The position numbers were made by a program, and so were the translations under genes. DNA of 60,102 nucleotides from Candidatus Lloydbacteria bacterium RIFCSPLOWO2_01_FULL_50_20. GTDB taxonomy: Bacteria > Patescibacteriota > Minisyncoccia > Phycocordibacterales > UBA6899. Positions 37,699 through 46,982 of this stretch are shown one piece after another. Each line of letters starts with the position of its first letter. The first letter of the stretch is position 1. Below the pieces are notes generated by a model. The model was not told the DNA's origin. It did no database searches and saw only the letters and a program-made list of their open reading frames with translations. The stretch spans positions 1-60,102 of the forward strand of contig MHLP01000037.1 in NCBI GenBank assembly GCA_001821435.1, written 5' to 3'.

Positions 37699-39739
37699 AT
37701 TTAAATTAAAAAGCGACTGGCTTCCTGCTGGAGATCAACCGAAGGCGATAAAGCAACTCACCGATGGATTGGCAAAAAATATGCGTTACCAGACGCTACT
37801 TGGTGTTACCGGCTCAGGAAAAACCTTCACCGTCGCGAACGTGATACAAGCGGTTCAAAAACCGACGCTGGTCATCGCGCACAATAAAACACTTGCCGCT
37901 CAGCTTGCGCAAGAGTATCGCTCGTTCTTCCCAGACAACGCGGTGCACTATTTTGTTTCATACTACGACTACTATCAGCCAGAAGCGTATCTCCCAACCA
38001 CCGACACCTATATTGAGAAAGATGCACAGATCAACGAAGAGATCGACCGTTTGCGCCATGCGTCGACGCAGGCGCTGCTCTCTCGCCCCGATGTCATCAT
38101 TGTCGCTTCGGTCTCGTGCATTTATGGCCTCGGATCTCCGGACGAATATCTCAAGGTGAATCTGAAACTTTCCGTCGGCGACAGGCTTTCCCGAAATGAC
38201 CTCATCCGTAAGCTCGTGAATGTTTATTTTGACCGCACCAATGCGGATCTGCAGCCAGGAACTTTTCGCGGCATAGGGAATACGCTTGAAGTCATGCCGA
38301 CAGGAGAGGTGATGATCTATCAGATCACCTTCTCGGGAAGCGCGGTCGAGTCGATCCTGAAGATCAATCCGATCACTCGAGCGGTCGTCGGGAATGAAGA
38401 GACCTGTTTTTTCTTTCCGGCGAAGCACTTTATTACACCGGAAACCGAACGCAAACGCGCGGTCGAGGATATCAAAATGGAACTTGCCGAGCGCTTGAAA
38501 GTGCTCGATGGAGAAAAAAAGCTTCTTGAAGTCGAACGCCTCAAGCGCCGCACAAAATATGATATCGCAATGATTGAGGAGGTGGGTTACTGTAGCGGTA
38601 TCGAGAACTATTCACGCCATTTTTCTGGAAAAACGCCTGGTGAGCCGCCGGAGACCCTGCTTTCTTATTTTCCCCACAATGCGAACGGAACACCTGATTT
38701 TCTCACTATTATCGACGAATCGCACGTTACCGTTCCGCAATTGCGCGGGATGTATGCGGGCGATCAGTCGCGCAAAAAAACCCTCGTCGAGCATGGTTTT
38801 CGTCTCCCTTCCGCATGTGACAACCGCCCGCTCACATTTACTGAATGGGAAAAACGCATCGGGGCGGTGATCTTCACTTCGGCGACACCGGCGGATTTCG
38901 AAAGAGCAGTGAGCGAGCAGGTGGTCGAGCAGGTCATTCGCCCGACCGGACTTGTCGACCCTGAGATCGTCGTGCGGCCGGTCGTGCAAAAAGGCGATTA
39001 TTCGGGACAAATCACTGACTTCATTGCTGAGGCGGCGGCAGTTGTCAAAAAAGGAGAACGTATCCTCGTGACGACACTGACTAAAAAAATGGCCGAAGAT
39101 CTTTCCGTATACCTCAAAGAGAAAGGCGTGAAGGCGGAATACCTCCATAGCGATGTGAAGACGATGGATCGCATTCGCATACTTACCGAGTTCCGCAAGG
39201 GCACATTTGACTGTCTTGTGGGCGTCAACCTGCTCCGCGAAGGACTCGATCTCCCCGAAGTTTCTTTAGTCGCAATCCTTGATGCGGACAAAGAAGGATT
39301 TCTCCGCTCCGAAACATCGCTTATTCAGACGATTGGCCGCGCCGCACGCAATGTCGCCGGCCGCGTGCTTCTCTATGCGGACGTGATGACCGGCTCGCTC
39401 TCGGCTGCCATAGGGGAGACCGATCGCCGAAGGAACGTACAGATCGCGTACAATAAAGCCCACGGCATCACTCCGCAGAGTATCCATAAGAAGATTAGGG
39501 ATATTACCGAAGAGCTGGTGTCGACGCATGACAGGGCGCTCAAAGAGCTCTTTTTGCTCGATAAAATGAACTTCATCAAGGATCCGGAAAAGCTTATGAA
39601 GCAAAAAGAAAAAGAAATGCTCGTCGCGGTCAAAGAGCTCGACTTTGAATCCGCGGCGCTCCTCCGTGACGAGATCAAGATGCTCCGGGGTGAGCCTGTA
39701 CATGAGCACAGCAACTCGAAACCGCGAAAAAGACGTTAG
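37691..39739 (+). CDS. uvrB: Excinuclease ABC subunit B
   Basis: GDQPKAIKQL, GVTGSGKTF, FVSYYDYYQPEAY, helicase motifs and the C-terminal UVR domain FESAALLRDEI. Confidence 0.95.
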   Translation: MDKFKLKSDWLPAGDQPKAIKQLTDGLAKNMRYQTLLGVTGSGKTFTVANVIQAVQKPTLVIAHNKTLAAQLAQEYRSFFPDNAVHYFVSYYDYYQPEAYLPTTDTYIEKDAQINEEIDRLRHASTQALLSRPDVIIVASVSCIYGLGSPDEYLKVNLKLSVGDRLSRNDLIRKLVNVYFDRTNADLQPGTFRGIGNTLEVMPTGEVMIYQITFSGSAVESILKINPITRAVVGNEETCFFFPAKHFITPETERKRAVEDIKMELAERLKVLDGEKKLLEVERLKRRTKYDIAMIEEVGYCSGIENYSRHFSGKTPGEPPETLLSYFPHNANGTPDFLTIIDESHVTVPQLRGMYAGDQSRKKTLVEHGFRLPSACDNRPLTFTEWEKRIGAVIFTSATPADFERAVSEQVVEQVIRPTGLVDPEIVVRPVVQKGDYSGQITDFIAEAAAVVKKGERILVTTLTKKMAEDLSVYLKEKGVKAEYLHSDVKTMDRIRILTEFRKGTFDCLVGVNLLREGLDLPEVSLVAILDADKEGFLRSETSLIQTIGRAARNVAGRVLLYADVMTGSLSAAIGETDRRRNVQIAYNKAHGITPQSIHKKIRDITEELVSTHDRALKELFLLDKMNFIKDPEKLMKQKEKEMLVAVKELDFESAALLRDEIKMLRGEPVHEHSNSKPRKRR

Positions 39740-39793
39740 CGCCGGTATTTGTTCCTTTCGGGCAGGGCATTCAGGTGCTATACTTTTCTTTGT

Positions 39794-41080
39794 ATGTACA
39801 CGGCAAAGTATCAGGACACTCAGCTTTCTTCCGCTGACTGGCTCATCACATTGCGCTGGTATTACGCACCCATTGCTTTTCTCTTGGCATTGTTCATGAG
39901 GGAAGAGACCGGACTGGTGAACGCGGAGTTCATGCTCACTGCATCCTTTGTCGTTGTCTTCGCCGTCAATCTTATTTTTTTCTTTTTGCTTCGGAGTATC
40001 GCAGGAGGAGTATTTTCCCGCGAAGCCATCCAGGCATTGCTTGCCGGACAGATCGTTCTCGATCTCTCGTTTTTCTTTGTCGTTCTACTGACGACCGGAG
40101 GGGGAGCGGAAAGCATCGGTCATTTCTTTTTTCTTTTTCCGATCGCCGTCTCGATGCTTTTTTTCGGACCTGCGGGACTTATTGTTACCGCAGTGCTTTC
40201 CGGCATACTTATTTTTCTTTCTGTGCTATTCAATGCCGGTATGTTCTTGCAGGCAGGTGTTATCACCATTGATCCGATATTTACCCCCGTGCTTCTCCGG
40301 GCACTTGTCGAGAGTGGGATCATCTCGTTTCTCTACCTTTTTGGAGGATTATTTGCGATCTCCTTGTTCCAACAGTTGAGAAGTCACGATGTTGCTCTTC
40401 TTAGTGCGATCACGGATATGGTGCATCAGTTGCGCACCCCGCTTTCAGGGCTGAAATGGACGTTTAAGATCCTTTTGGATGAAGATGCGGGAAAAGATAC
40501 GGAAGAAGAACGGGAACTGCTTGCTAAGGGTTCTGCTGCGAATGAGCGTATGATCACGCTGGTGAATGACGTCCTTGCCGTCGCCCGCCTTGAATCGGGT
40601 AAATTTACGTACCATTTTATTCCCGTTCATATCGAGCTCTTGATCGAAGAGACGATCAAGAGCCTTGCTCTTGTTGCAGAAGCGAAAGAGATCCGTCTGA
40701 ATTTTGTCGCACCGAAGCATCCATTGCCTGAATGGAAAGTTGATCCCGAGAAAATGCGCGATGTGCTCCAGAATCTTATCAGCAACGCGATCAAATACAC
40801 GCGGGTGAAAGATGCGATCACGCTCAACGCAGAGGTTAAGGAAAATCACTTGCATATACAAGTCGAGGACAATGGCATTGGTATCTCCGATACGGCGACA
40901 AAGAAGATCTTCACTCGCTTTTTCCGCGCAGAAAACGCCATAGCAGTCGAAGCGGACGGATCCGGCCTCGGTCTTTTTATTGCGCAGAATATCGTTCATG
41001 CCCATCACGGAAAGATCTGGTTCGAGCATGCTGCTTCAGGTGGGACAGTGTTCCACGTGCTTCTCCCTAAAAGGCCGTAA
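39794..41080 (+). CDS. Membrane sensor histidine kinase
   Basis: About 6 N-terminal TM helices. H-box MVHQLRTPLSGL. N-box NLISNAIKYT. G-box GSGLGLFIAQ. Confidence 0.85.
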   Translation: MYTAKYQDTQLSSADWLITLRWYYAPIAFLLALFMREETGLVNAEFMLTASFVVVFAVNLIFFFLLRSIAGGVFSREAIQALLAGQIVLDLSFFFVVLLTTGGGAESIGHFFFLFPIAVSMLFFGPAGLIVTAVLSGILIFLSVLFNAGMFLQAGVITIDPIFTPVLLRALVESGIISFLYLFGGLFAISLFQQLRSHDVALLSAITDMVHQLRTPLSGLKWTFKILLDEDAGKDTEEERELLAKGSAANERMITLVNDVLAVARLESGKFTYHFIPVHIELLIEETIKSLALVAEAKEIRLNFVAPKHPLPEWKVDPEKMRDVLQNLISNAIKYTRVKDAITLNAEVKENHLHIQVEDNGIGISDTATKKIFTRFFRAENAIAVEADGSGLGLFIAQNIVHAHHGKIWFEHAASGGTVFHVLLPKRP

Positions 41081-41105
41081 CGTATTGTGCTATACTCGTT
41101 TTCAT

Positions 41106-41915
41106 ATGCAGACTGCCGGCGCAAAAAGGATCCTCATCGTTTCAAATGACGAGGCGCTCACCAAAGCGCTCCCCGAATTTCTCACTCAATCCGGATATGA
41201 GCCGTTCACTACCTCGGAAATTATAACGGCGAGTACGGAATTTGAACGACTGCACCCTCATTTGGTGATCCTCGATCTCGGAAAAGAGACCCAGCATGCA
41301 ATGCATTTCCTTGAAACCATCCGCGCCAACCCCAACCGCCACATGGCTCAAATACCCGTATTGATCGGATCGGAGAATGGGAATCTCTTAGATATCAGCT
41401 GCGCTCTCAAACTTGGAGCGAAGGAATATTTTATTAAAAGATCTTCCCTGCCTGCGGATATATTGAAAAAAGCAGAGAAGTGCTTCGGAGACGCGAATGG
41501 CATGACTAATGTTCTTTCTGCAAAAGTACTTATGGTGGAAGATGACAAATTCCTCCGTGAGCTTGCCATACAGAAATTCACCAAAGAGGGGATGAAGACC
41601 ATTGCTGCGATGGACGGCGAACAGGCGGTTATGCTGGCCGAAAAAGAGCTTCCCGATATCATTCTCCTCGATATTTTGCTTCCCGGTATCGATGGTTTTG
41701 AAGCACTGAAGCGCATACGCGCGAATGCTGCGCTTCTCAAAACTCCCGTATTTATGCTTTCAAATTTCGGGCAAGCGGAAGATATCGCAAGGGCGAAAGA
41801 ACTTGGCGTGGATCAATTTCTAGTAAAGGCAAATTACACGCTGGATGAGATCGTCGTTATGGTGCGCGAAAGTCTGGCAAAGGTGAAAGCGTCTCCTCAG
41901 CGCCTATCCTCATAA
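41106..41915 (+). CDS. Response regulator with two receiver domains and no output domain
   Basis: REC1: RILIVSNDEA...LVILDL. REC2: KVLMVEDDKF...IILLDILLPGIDG...FMLSN...K. Confidence 0.8.
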   Translation: MQTAGAKRILIVSNDEALTKALPEFLTQSGYEPFTTSEIITASTEFERLHPHLVILDLGKETQHAMHFLETIRANPNRHMAQIPVLIGSENGNLLDISCALKLGAKEYFIKRSSLPADILKKAEKCFGDANGMTNVLSAKVLMVEDDKFLRELAIQKFTKEGMKTIAAMDGEQAVMLAEKELPDIILLDILLPGIDGFEALKRIRANAALLKTPVFMLSNFGQAEDIARAKELGVDQFLVKANYTLDEIVVMVRESLAKVKASPQRLSS

Positions 41916-41965
41916 TCACCGGAACATGAAAATAGCCAATACTCCTTTGACAAATCACCTGCAAG

Positions 41966-42409
41966 GTGGAATATAAGGTAAGGTGTCGTTTTCAATTTTA
42001 TAAAGGAAATGCCGTGTGCCCCCAAAAGGTTCCTCCATTTCTGCCGGAACATGAGGCCACTGCTCTCGTAAGAAGCATGGTGCGAGAGAACTTCATGCGC
42101 TCACTTTCCGTCGGTTTCATCAAAAAATACGCTGGTCATCCGAGCGTGATCGCATTGACCGATCTCAAGCGTTGGAAAACGCGTTTCGAAGAGATGGTCG
42201 AAGGGTTTACCCCGGAAGAAAAAATACATACGCTGCGCATGATCGCGACTTTTATCCAGTATTGGGATACTCTTTCCAAAAAGGAGCGGAGTATCGCCGC
42301 ACACGAGATTGCGGTTGCGCTTATCGCCAAGCAAAGGGCCACCAACGTGCTCAAAGAAATGGCCGCTGACCCGAACGCGTATCTGCCCGTTTCAACGACT
42401 CTTCAATAG
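41966..42409 (+). CDS. Hypothetical protein (start uncertain)
   Basis: GTG-start ORF with alternative ATG at 42077. No motif recognised. Confidence 0.35.
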   Translation: MEYKVRCRFQFYKGNAVCPQKVPPFLPEHEATALVRSMVRENFMRSLSVGFIKKYAGHPSVIALTDLKRWKTRFEEMVEGFTPEEKIHTLRMIATFIQYWDTLSKKERSIAAHEIAVALIAKQRATNVLKEMAADPNAYLPVSTTLQ

Positions 42410-42421
42410 GGTCAACTGTAG

Positions 42422-42451
42422 CCGCTCCTCTTTTTTGCAGGGGCGGTTTTT
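42422..42451 (+). terminator. Rho-independent terminator
   Basis: ccgctcct / aggggcgg stem followed by ttttt. Confidence 0.6.
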
Positions 42452-42506
42452 CTTGCGGCGTTGTAGTGTGCTTTTCATTTTTGCAATAAGTAGTAGAGTC
42501 TACTAT

Positions 42507-43601
42507 ATGTCAGAGCGATTTTCTGTAATGAAAGTGCTCTATCGGTCGGTATTGAAGCCGGTGCTTTTTAGGTTAACGACACCCGATACCGCGCACGACA
42601 TCTTTGTCGCTGTCGGAGAATTTGCGGGGAAATATGCGATCTTGCGGGCTCTGGTGTCATTTTTTTATGAATACAAAGGGAAAAATATCTCGAAAGTTGT
42701 CGACGGCATCACCTACCGTACGCCGATCCTGCTTTCGGCGGGTTTTGACAGCAACGGCAGGCTGACGAGAATATTGCGCTCAATGTCTTTTGGCGGCGAG
42801 GAGATCGGCTCCACGACTGCAAAACTGTGCGAAGGGAATCCGCTTCCTCGGATGACCCGCCTCGTTCGCAATAAAAGCATCGTCGTCTATAAGGGTCTGC
42901 GTAACGACGGGGTTGATGCGCTCATTCGCCGCCTCAAACAGACGCCAAGAATACCGGAATATGTTATAGGCGTTTCCATCGCCCGGACGAACAGCAAAGA
43001 AGTGAACAAGACCATCGAGGCCGGCATCGCGGATTATGTCGAGACATTCAAAAAATTGAACGAAGCGAATATCGGCGATTATTATACGATCAATATCTCC
43101 TGCCCGAATTCTTTCGGGGGTGAAACATTCATTGACCCCACATTATTTCCTCGACTTATGGCCGAGCTCTCGAAAGTGAAGTGCACGAAACCCCTCTATA
43201 TAAAGATGCCGATAAATATTCCGTGGAACGATTTCAAGCAACTGCTTGAAACGGCGGATACCTACGGGGTACAGGGAGTTATCATCGGCAATCTCAACAA
43301 GAATTACAAAGATCTCGATCATCCCGAGGATGCGCCCGCCCAGTTTCGCGGGGGACTGTCGGGAAAACCGTGCTTTACGCTTTCGAATGAGCTGATCAAA
43401 AAAACCCGCGCGAAATACGGCAAACGCCTCACGATCATCGGCGTCGGGGGAATTCTCACTCCCGAAGACGCTCTGGAGAAATTTAAAGCAGGAGCCGATC
43501 TTATCCAGATGATCTCAGGCATGATCTTCGGTGATCCTGGAATGATGAAAGCGATCTGCGAAAGATACGCTGAATGGAAATCGCACGCGGTGTCGCAATG
43601 A
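42507..43601 (+). CDS. pyrD: Dihydroorotate dehydrogenase (class 2-like)
   Basis: PILLSAGFDSNG, INISCPNS, GGLSGKP and IIGVGGI motifs. Start trimmed to MSERFSV. Confidence 0.85.
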   Translation: MSERFSVMKVLYRSVLKPVLFRLTTPDTAHDIFVAVGEFAGKYAILRALVSFFYEYKGKNISKVVDGITYRTPILLSAGFDSNGRLTRILRSMSFGGEEIGSTTAKLCEGNPLPRMTRLVRNKSIVVYKGLRNDGVDALIRRLKQTPRIPEYVIGVSIARTNSKEVNKTIEAGIADYVETFKKLNEANIGDYYTINISCPNSFGGETFIDPTLFPRLMAELSKVKCTKPLYIKMPINIPWNDFKQLLETADTYGVQGVIIGNLNKNYKDLDHPEDAPAQFRGGLSGKPCFTLSNELIKKTRAKYGKRLTIIGVGGILTPEDALEKFKAGADLIQMISGMIFGDPGMMKAICERYAEWKSHAVSQ

Positions 43602-43709
43602 CCGCTTTTCGTTTTGACACGCGTGCTTGACGAGATTAAATAAGCATGTTAGTCTTTCCATAGCTTGTAAAGCAGTAAACATTCGTCGACCCAACCTTAG
43701 GAGATTGCA

Positions 43710-44105
43710 ATGGACAACTATTTTCTCTGGACACCAGTATTGTTTATCGTTTGTGCAGTTGTGCTGTTCATCTCAGTTGGCATAGCATCTAACTGGAAGG
43801 AATCTGGCCGCGGCATAGTCGTAACCGCTTTTCTGGTAGGAGTGTTCTGCTTGGTCTTTGGGTTGGTGGCTGTCTACGCGAACGGTAAAGGAAAACCGGT
43901 TGTGATTGAACAAGCACAAGCGTTCAAGAACCAGCGTTTGGTGGTTGGAGAAACCTATACCACTGTGAGTGTGACGGAATATGCTGGAGTGACGTATTAT
44001 ATCCTCAAGGGCAAGGATGGCGTACGCTTCTACTCAAGTAAGGAAGCAGTGCCTAAAAAGTTCATTGTCCAAAAGGATTATGGACTTAGGGAAATTGAGA
44101 ATTGA
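43710..44105 (+). CDS. Hypothetical membrane protein
   Basis: Two TM helices. taggag SD upstream. Confidence 0.55.
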   Translation: MDNYFLWTPVLFIVCAVVLFISVGIASNWKESGRGIVVTAFLVGVFCLVFGLVAVYANGKGKPVVIEQAQAFKNQRLVVGETYTTVSVTEYAGVTYYILKGKDGVRFYSSKEAVPKKFIVQKDYGLREIEN

Positions 44106-44119
44106 GTGAAGCAACCCAA

Positions 44120-44147
44120 CCGCCCACGAGAAGTGGACGGTTTTTTT
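44120..44147 (+). terminator. Rho-independent terminator
   Basis: ccgcccac-gagaa-gtggacgg plus T7. Confidence 0.7.
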
Positions 44148-44188
44148 GTGTAATTAGACTACGTAGTAGAGAATGATAAGAGTAAGAT

Positions 44189-44217
44189 TTGTTATTTTTA
44201 TAAAATTGTGTTACAAT
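44189..44217 (+). promoter_or_regulatory. Promoter TTGTTA-N17-TACAAT of the uvrA leader
   Basis: -35 at 44189-44194 and -10 at 44212-44217 with an upstream TG. uORF ATG at 44232. Confidence 0.5.
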
Positions 44218-44231
44218 CGACCGCTTGCCAT

Positions 44232-44342
44232 ATGATTGAGAAACCACACAAAAGTGAGGAACAGGAGACCATCATCGTCAAAGGCGCTCGCCCCCCGAAG
44301 CAAAGCAGGGCTTGCTACGTGGCAGGCCCACAATCTTTATGA
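44232..44342 (+). other. 36-codon uORF: contains a diverged copy of the UvrA N-terminal IIVKGAR block, then the conserved hairpin; stop overlaps the uvrA ATG
   Basis: [20 protein letters not shown] against Uvr[20 protein letters not shown]. atcatcgtcaaaggcgctcgc against ataattgttaaaggcgctcgt (17/21). ATGA overlap at 44339-44342. Confidence 0.7.
44293..44322 (+). repeat. Hairpin motif shared with the uvrB leader
   Basis: CCCCGAAGCAA-agcagggc-TTGCTACGTGG. One base pair changed compensatorily relative to the uvrB copy (A-U to G-C). Confidence 0.7.
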
Positions 44343-46963
44343 AAGAGCAAAGTAAAATAATTGTTAAAGGCGCTCGTACGCACAATTTGAAGAACATCAC
44401 CGTCACGATGCCACGGAACAAGATGATCGTATTCACCGGACTTTCGGGGTCAGGGAAGTCGTCGCTAGCTTTCGACACGATCTTTGCCGAAGGTCAGCGG
44501 CGTTATGTCGAGTCACTCTCCGCGTACGCGCGGCAGTTCCTCCACCAAATGCAGAAGCCCGACGTCGACGAGATCGTCGGCCTTTCGCCCGCTATTTCCA
44601 TCGATCAGAAATCGCATTCCTCCAACCCGCGTTCGACGGTTGCCACGATCACGGAGATCTACGACTATCTGCGCGTGCTTTTTGCGCGCGTCGGCATCCC
44701 GCACTGCTTGCTCTGCGGAAAGCCGATCAAACGCCTGACCAACGAGGAGATCATGGGGATCGTATTCGATCGCGTCGAAGAGATAGGGAAGCATTCACCA
44801 AAAGATGAGGTCATGGGTGTTCCGTATTCGACGCTCAAGGTGGGGATCTATGCCCCGCTCGTCCGAGGGAGAAAAGGAGAGTATTACCAATTGCTTTATG
44901 ATTATTTGAGCAAGGGCTACAGCAAGGCGCGTATTGACGGAAAGCAAAAAAATCTTCGAGAACAGATCATCCTGGCGAAACAGAAAAAGCACGATGTCGA
45001 TATCTTGGTGGATGAATTTTTTGTTTCCGAATTTCGCGATAACACCAAAGGAGTTCGGGAACGTTTGTCCGAGGCCGTGGAGCGCGCTCTCGGCGAAGCG
45101 GAAGGGCTTGTGCGTCTCGTGATCGGCGATGAAGAAACATTAATGTCCGCAAAGTTCGCGTGTCCCGACGACGGTTTTTCTTATCCTGAGGTAGAGCCGA
45201 GACTTTTTTCATTCAATTCTCCTTACGGTGCCTGTCAAACATGCAACGGGCTCGGAACGAAGCATTTTTTCGGTGATGAGCCGTGCGAGGTCTGCGGCGG
45301 GAAGCGCCTTCGTGAAGAAGCACTCCATGTAACGATTGGCGACCCCGTAGTAGAAGCCAAAAGGGCTTCACTACAGGGCAAGCATAAGAAAACTCAAGAA
45401 TCGCGCGGAAAAAGTATCGTCGAGGTGACCGATATGTCGATCGAGGAAGCAAGCAGATTTTTCGGGGGGTTGACGCTCACTCCTATGGAGCGGCAGATCT
45501 CATCGGTCGTGATCAAGGAGATCGAAAGCCGCCTCAGTTTTATGCTCGACGTCGGGATCGGTTATCTCACGCTCGGACGCCGTGCAAATACGCTTTCTGG
45601 CGGCGAGGCGCAGCGCATACGACTCGCTTCACAGCTTGGCTCACGCCTTGTCGGGGCGCTCTATGTGCTCGATGAGCCGACGATCGGTCTTCATCAGAAA
45701 GATAATGACCGCCTCATCAAAACGCTCCGTAATCTGTGCGACATCGGAAACACGATCATTGTCGTTGAGCATGATGAAGATACGATCTTCGCTTCGGATT
45801 ATCTCGTTGATATCGGTCCAGGCGCCGGCGTGCACGGCGGGCACATTGTTGCCTCCGGCTATCTTGAAGACCTGCTTCTGGATAAAAAAGCAAAATCACT
45901 CACACTTGATTATCTCCGCAAGGATAAGCAAATTCCGCTCCCTGAAAAACGCAGAGTGAAAGACAAGGGGGCGCTGGGGCTGCGCGGCGGAAAGGCATTT
46001 AACATCACGAACATGAACGTGGATATTCCGCTCGGCCGCCTCGTCACGGTTACCGGAGTTTCCGGGTCGGGAAAATCGACCTTTCTTTATGAACTCATAT
46101 ACAAAAATCTGCAGGCGCGTTTCGACCGGCGTTATCGTTCCCCGAAAACCTATAATTGTGCAGAGTTCACCGGAACGGAATATCTGCATCGCGCGATCTT
46201 GATCGACCAGTCGCCGATCGGGCGCACTCCGCGCTCAAATCCCGCGACCTATACCGGAGCATGGACGTTCGTACGTGACCTCTTTGCGGAAACGGAAGAA
46301 GCCCGCGTACGCGGCTGGAGAGCATCGCGATTTTCTTTCAATGTGAAAGGCGGGCGCTGCGAAGCCTGTGAAGGGAACGGCATGGTCGCCGTGGAAATGC
46401 ACTTCCTTCCGACCGTGTATGTCCTTTGCGATGTGTGTCAGGGCAAACGTTTTCAAAAAGAAACACTGGAGGTGAAATTCAAAAAGAAAAATATTTATGA
46501 AGTCCTGAAGATGACCGTCGAGGAGGCCTGCGAGTTCTTTCGCGACATTCCCGCCATCGAAGATCGGCTGAAGACGTTGAACGATGTGGGACTGGGTTAT
46601 TTGGAGCTTGGGCAATCAGCAACAACGCTTTCGGGCGGTGAGGCGCAGCGCGTAAAAATTGCTTCAGAACTCTATCGTCCGTTCCAGCAGCGCACGATCT
46701 ATCTCTTGGATGAGCCGACCATCGGTCTCCACTACGAGGATGTGAAGAAGCTTATTGAGATCCTTCAGGCGCTCGTGGAGAAAGGGAACAGCGTACTCAT
46801 GATCGAGCACAATCTCGATGTGATCAAATCCTCAGACTATGTCATTGACATTGGTCCGGACGGCGGCTCTGGCGGAGGGCAGCTTGTCGCCAGGGGAACA
46901 CCTGAGGAGATCGCGAATAATCCAAAGTCATATACGGGGAAATATTTGAAACGTTCGTTATGA
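44339..46963 (+). CDS. uvrA: Excinuclease ABC subunit A
   Basis: [23 protein letters not shown], zinc-finger Cys pairs, LSGGEAQR twice and two ABC modules. Confidence 0.95.
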   Translation: MKEQSKIIVKGARTHNLKNITVTMPRNKMIVFTGLSGSGKSSLAFDTIFAEGQRRYVESLSAYARQFLHQMQKPDVDEIVGLSPAISIDQKSHSSNPRSTVATITEIYDYLRVLFARVGIPHCLLCGKPIKRLTNEEIMGIVFDRVEEIGKHSPKDEVMGVPYSTLKVGIYAPLVRGRKGEYYQLLYDYLSKGYSKARIDGKQKNLREQIILAKQKKHDVDILVDEFFVSEFRDNTKGVRERLSEAVERALGEAEGLVRLVIGDEETLMSAKFACPDDGFSYPEVEPRLFSFNSPYGACQTCNGLGTKHFFGDEPCEVCGGKRLREEALHVTIGDPVVEAKRASLQGKHKKTQESRGKSIVEVTDMSIEEASRFFGGLTLTPMERQISSVVIKEIESRLSFMLDVGIGYLTLGRRANTLSGGEAQRIRLASQLGSRLVGALYVLDEPTIGLHQKDNDRLIKTLRNLCDIGNTIIVVEHDEDTIFASDYLVDIGPGAGVHGGHIVASGYLEDLLLDKKAKSLTLDYLRKDKQIPLPEKRRVKDKGALGLRGGKAFNITNMNVDIPLGRLVTVTGVSGSGKSTFLYELIYKNLQARFDRRYRSPKTYNCAEFTGTEYLHRAILIDQSPIGRTPRSNPATYTGAWTFVRDLFAETEEARVRGWRASRFSFNVKGGRCEACEGNGMVAVEMHFLPTVYVLCDVCQGKRFQKETLEVKFKKKNIYEVLKMTVEEACEFFRDIPAIEDRLKTLNDVGLGYLELGQSATTLSGGEAQRVKIASELYRPFQQRTIYLLDEPTIGLHYEDVKKLIEILQALVEKGNSVLMIEHNLDVIKSSDYVIDIGPDGGSGGGQLVARGTPEEIANNPKSYTGKYLKRSL

Positions 46964-46982
46964 AGGTAACACACAAACGCAT

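Noticed and set aside
37585-37735. A diversity-generating retroelement (TR/VR pair) or a T4 gene-60-type bypass as the explanation for the duplicated uvrB and uvrA 5' ends.
   Set aside because: There is no reverse transcriptase in the window. Substitutions between the copies are not adenine-specific. There is no stop codon after a take-off codon. A bypass would only regenerate an N-terminus equivalent to the one the downstream ATG already provides.
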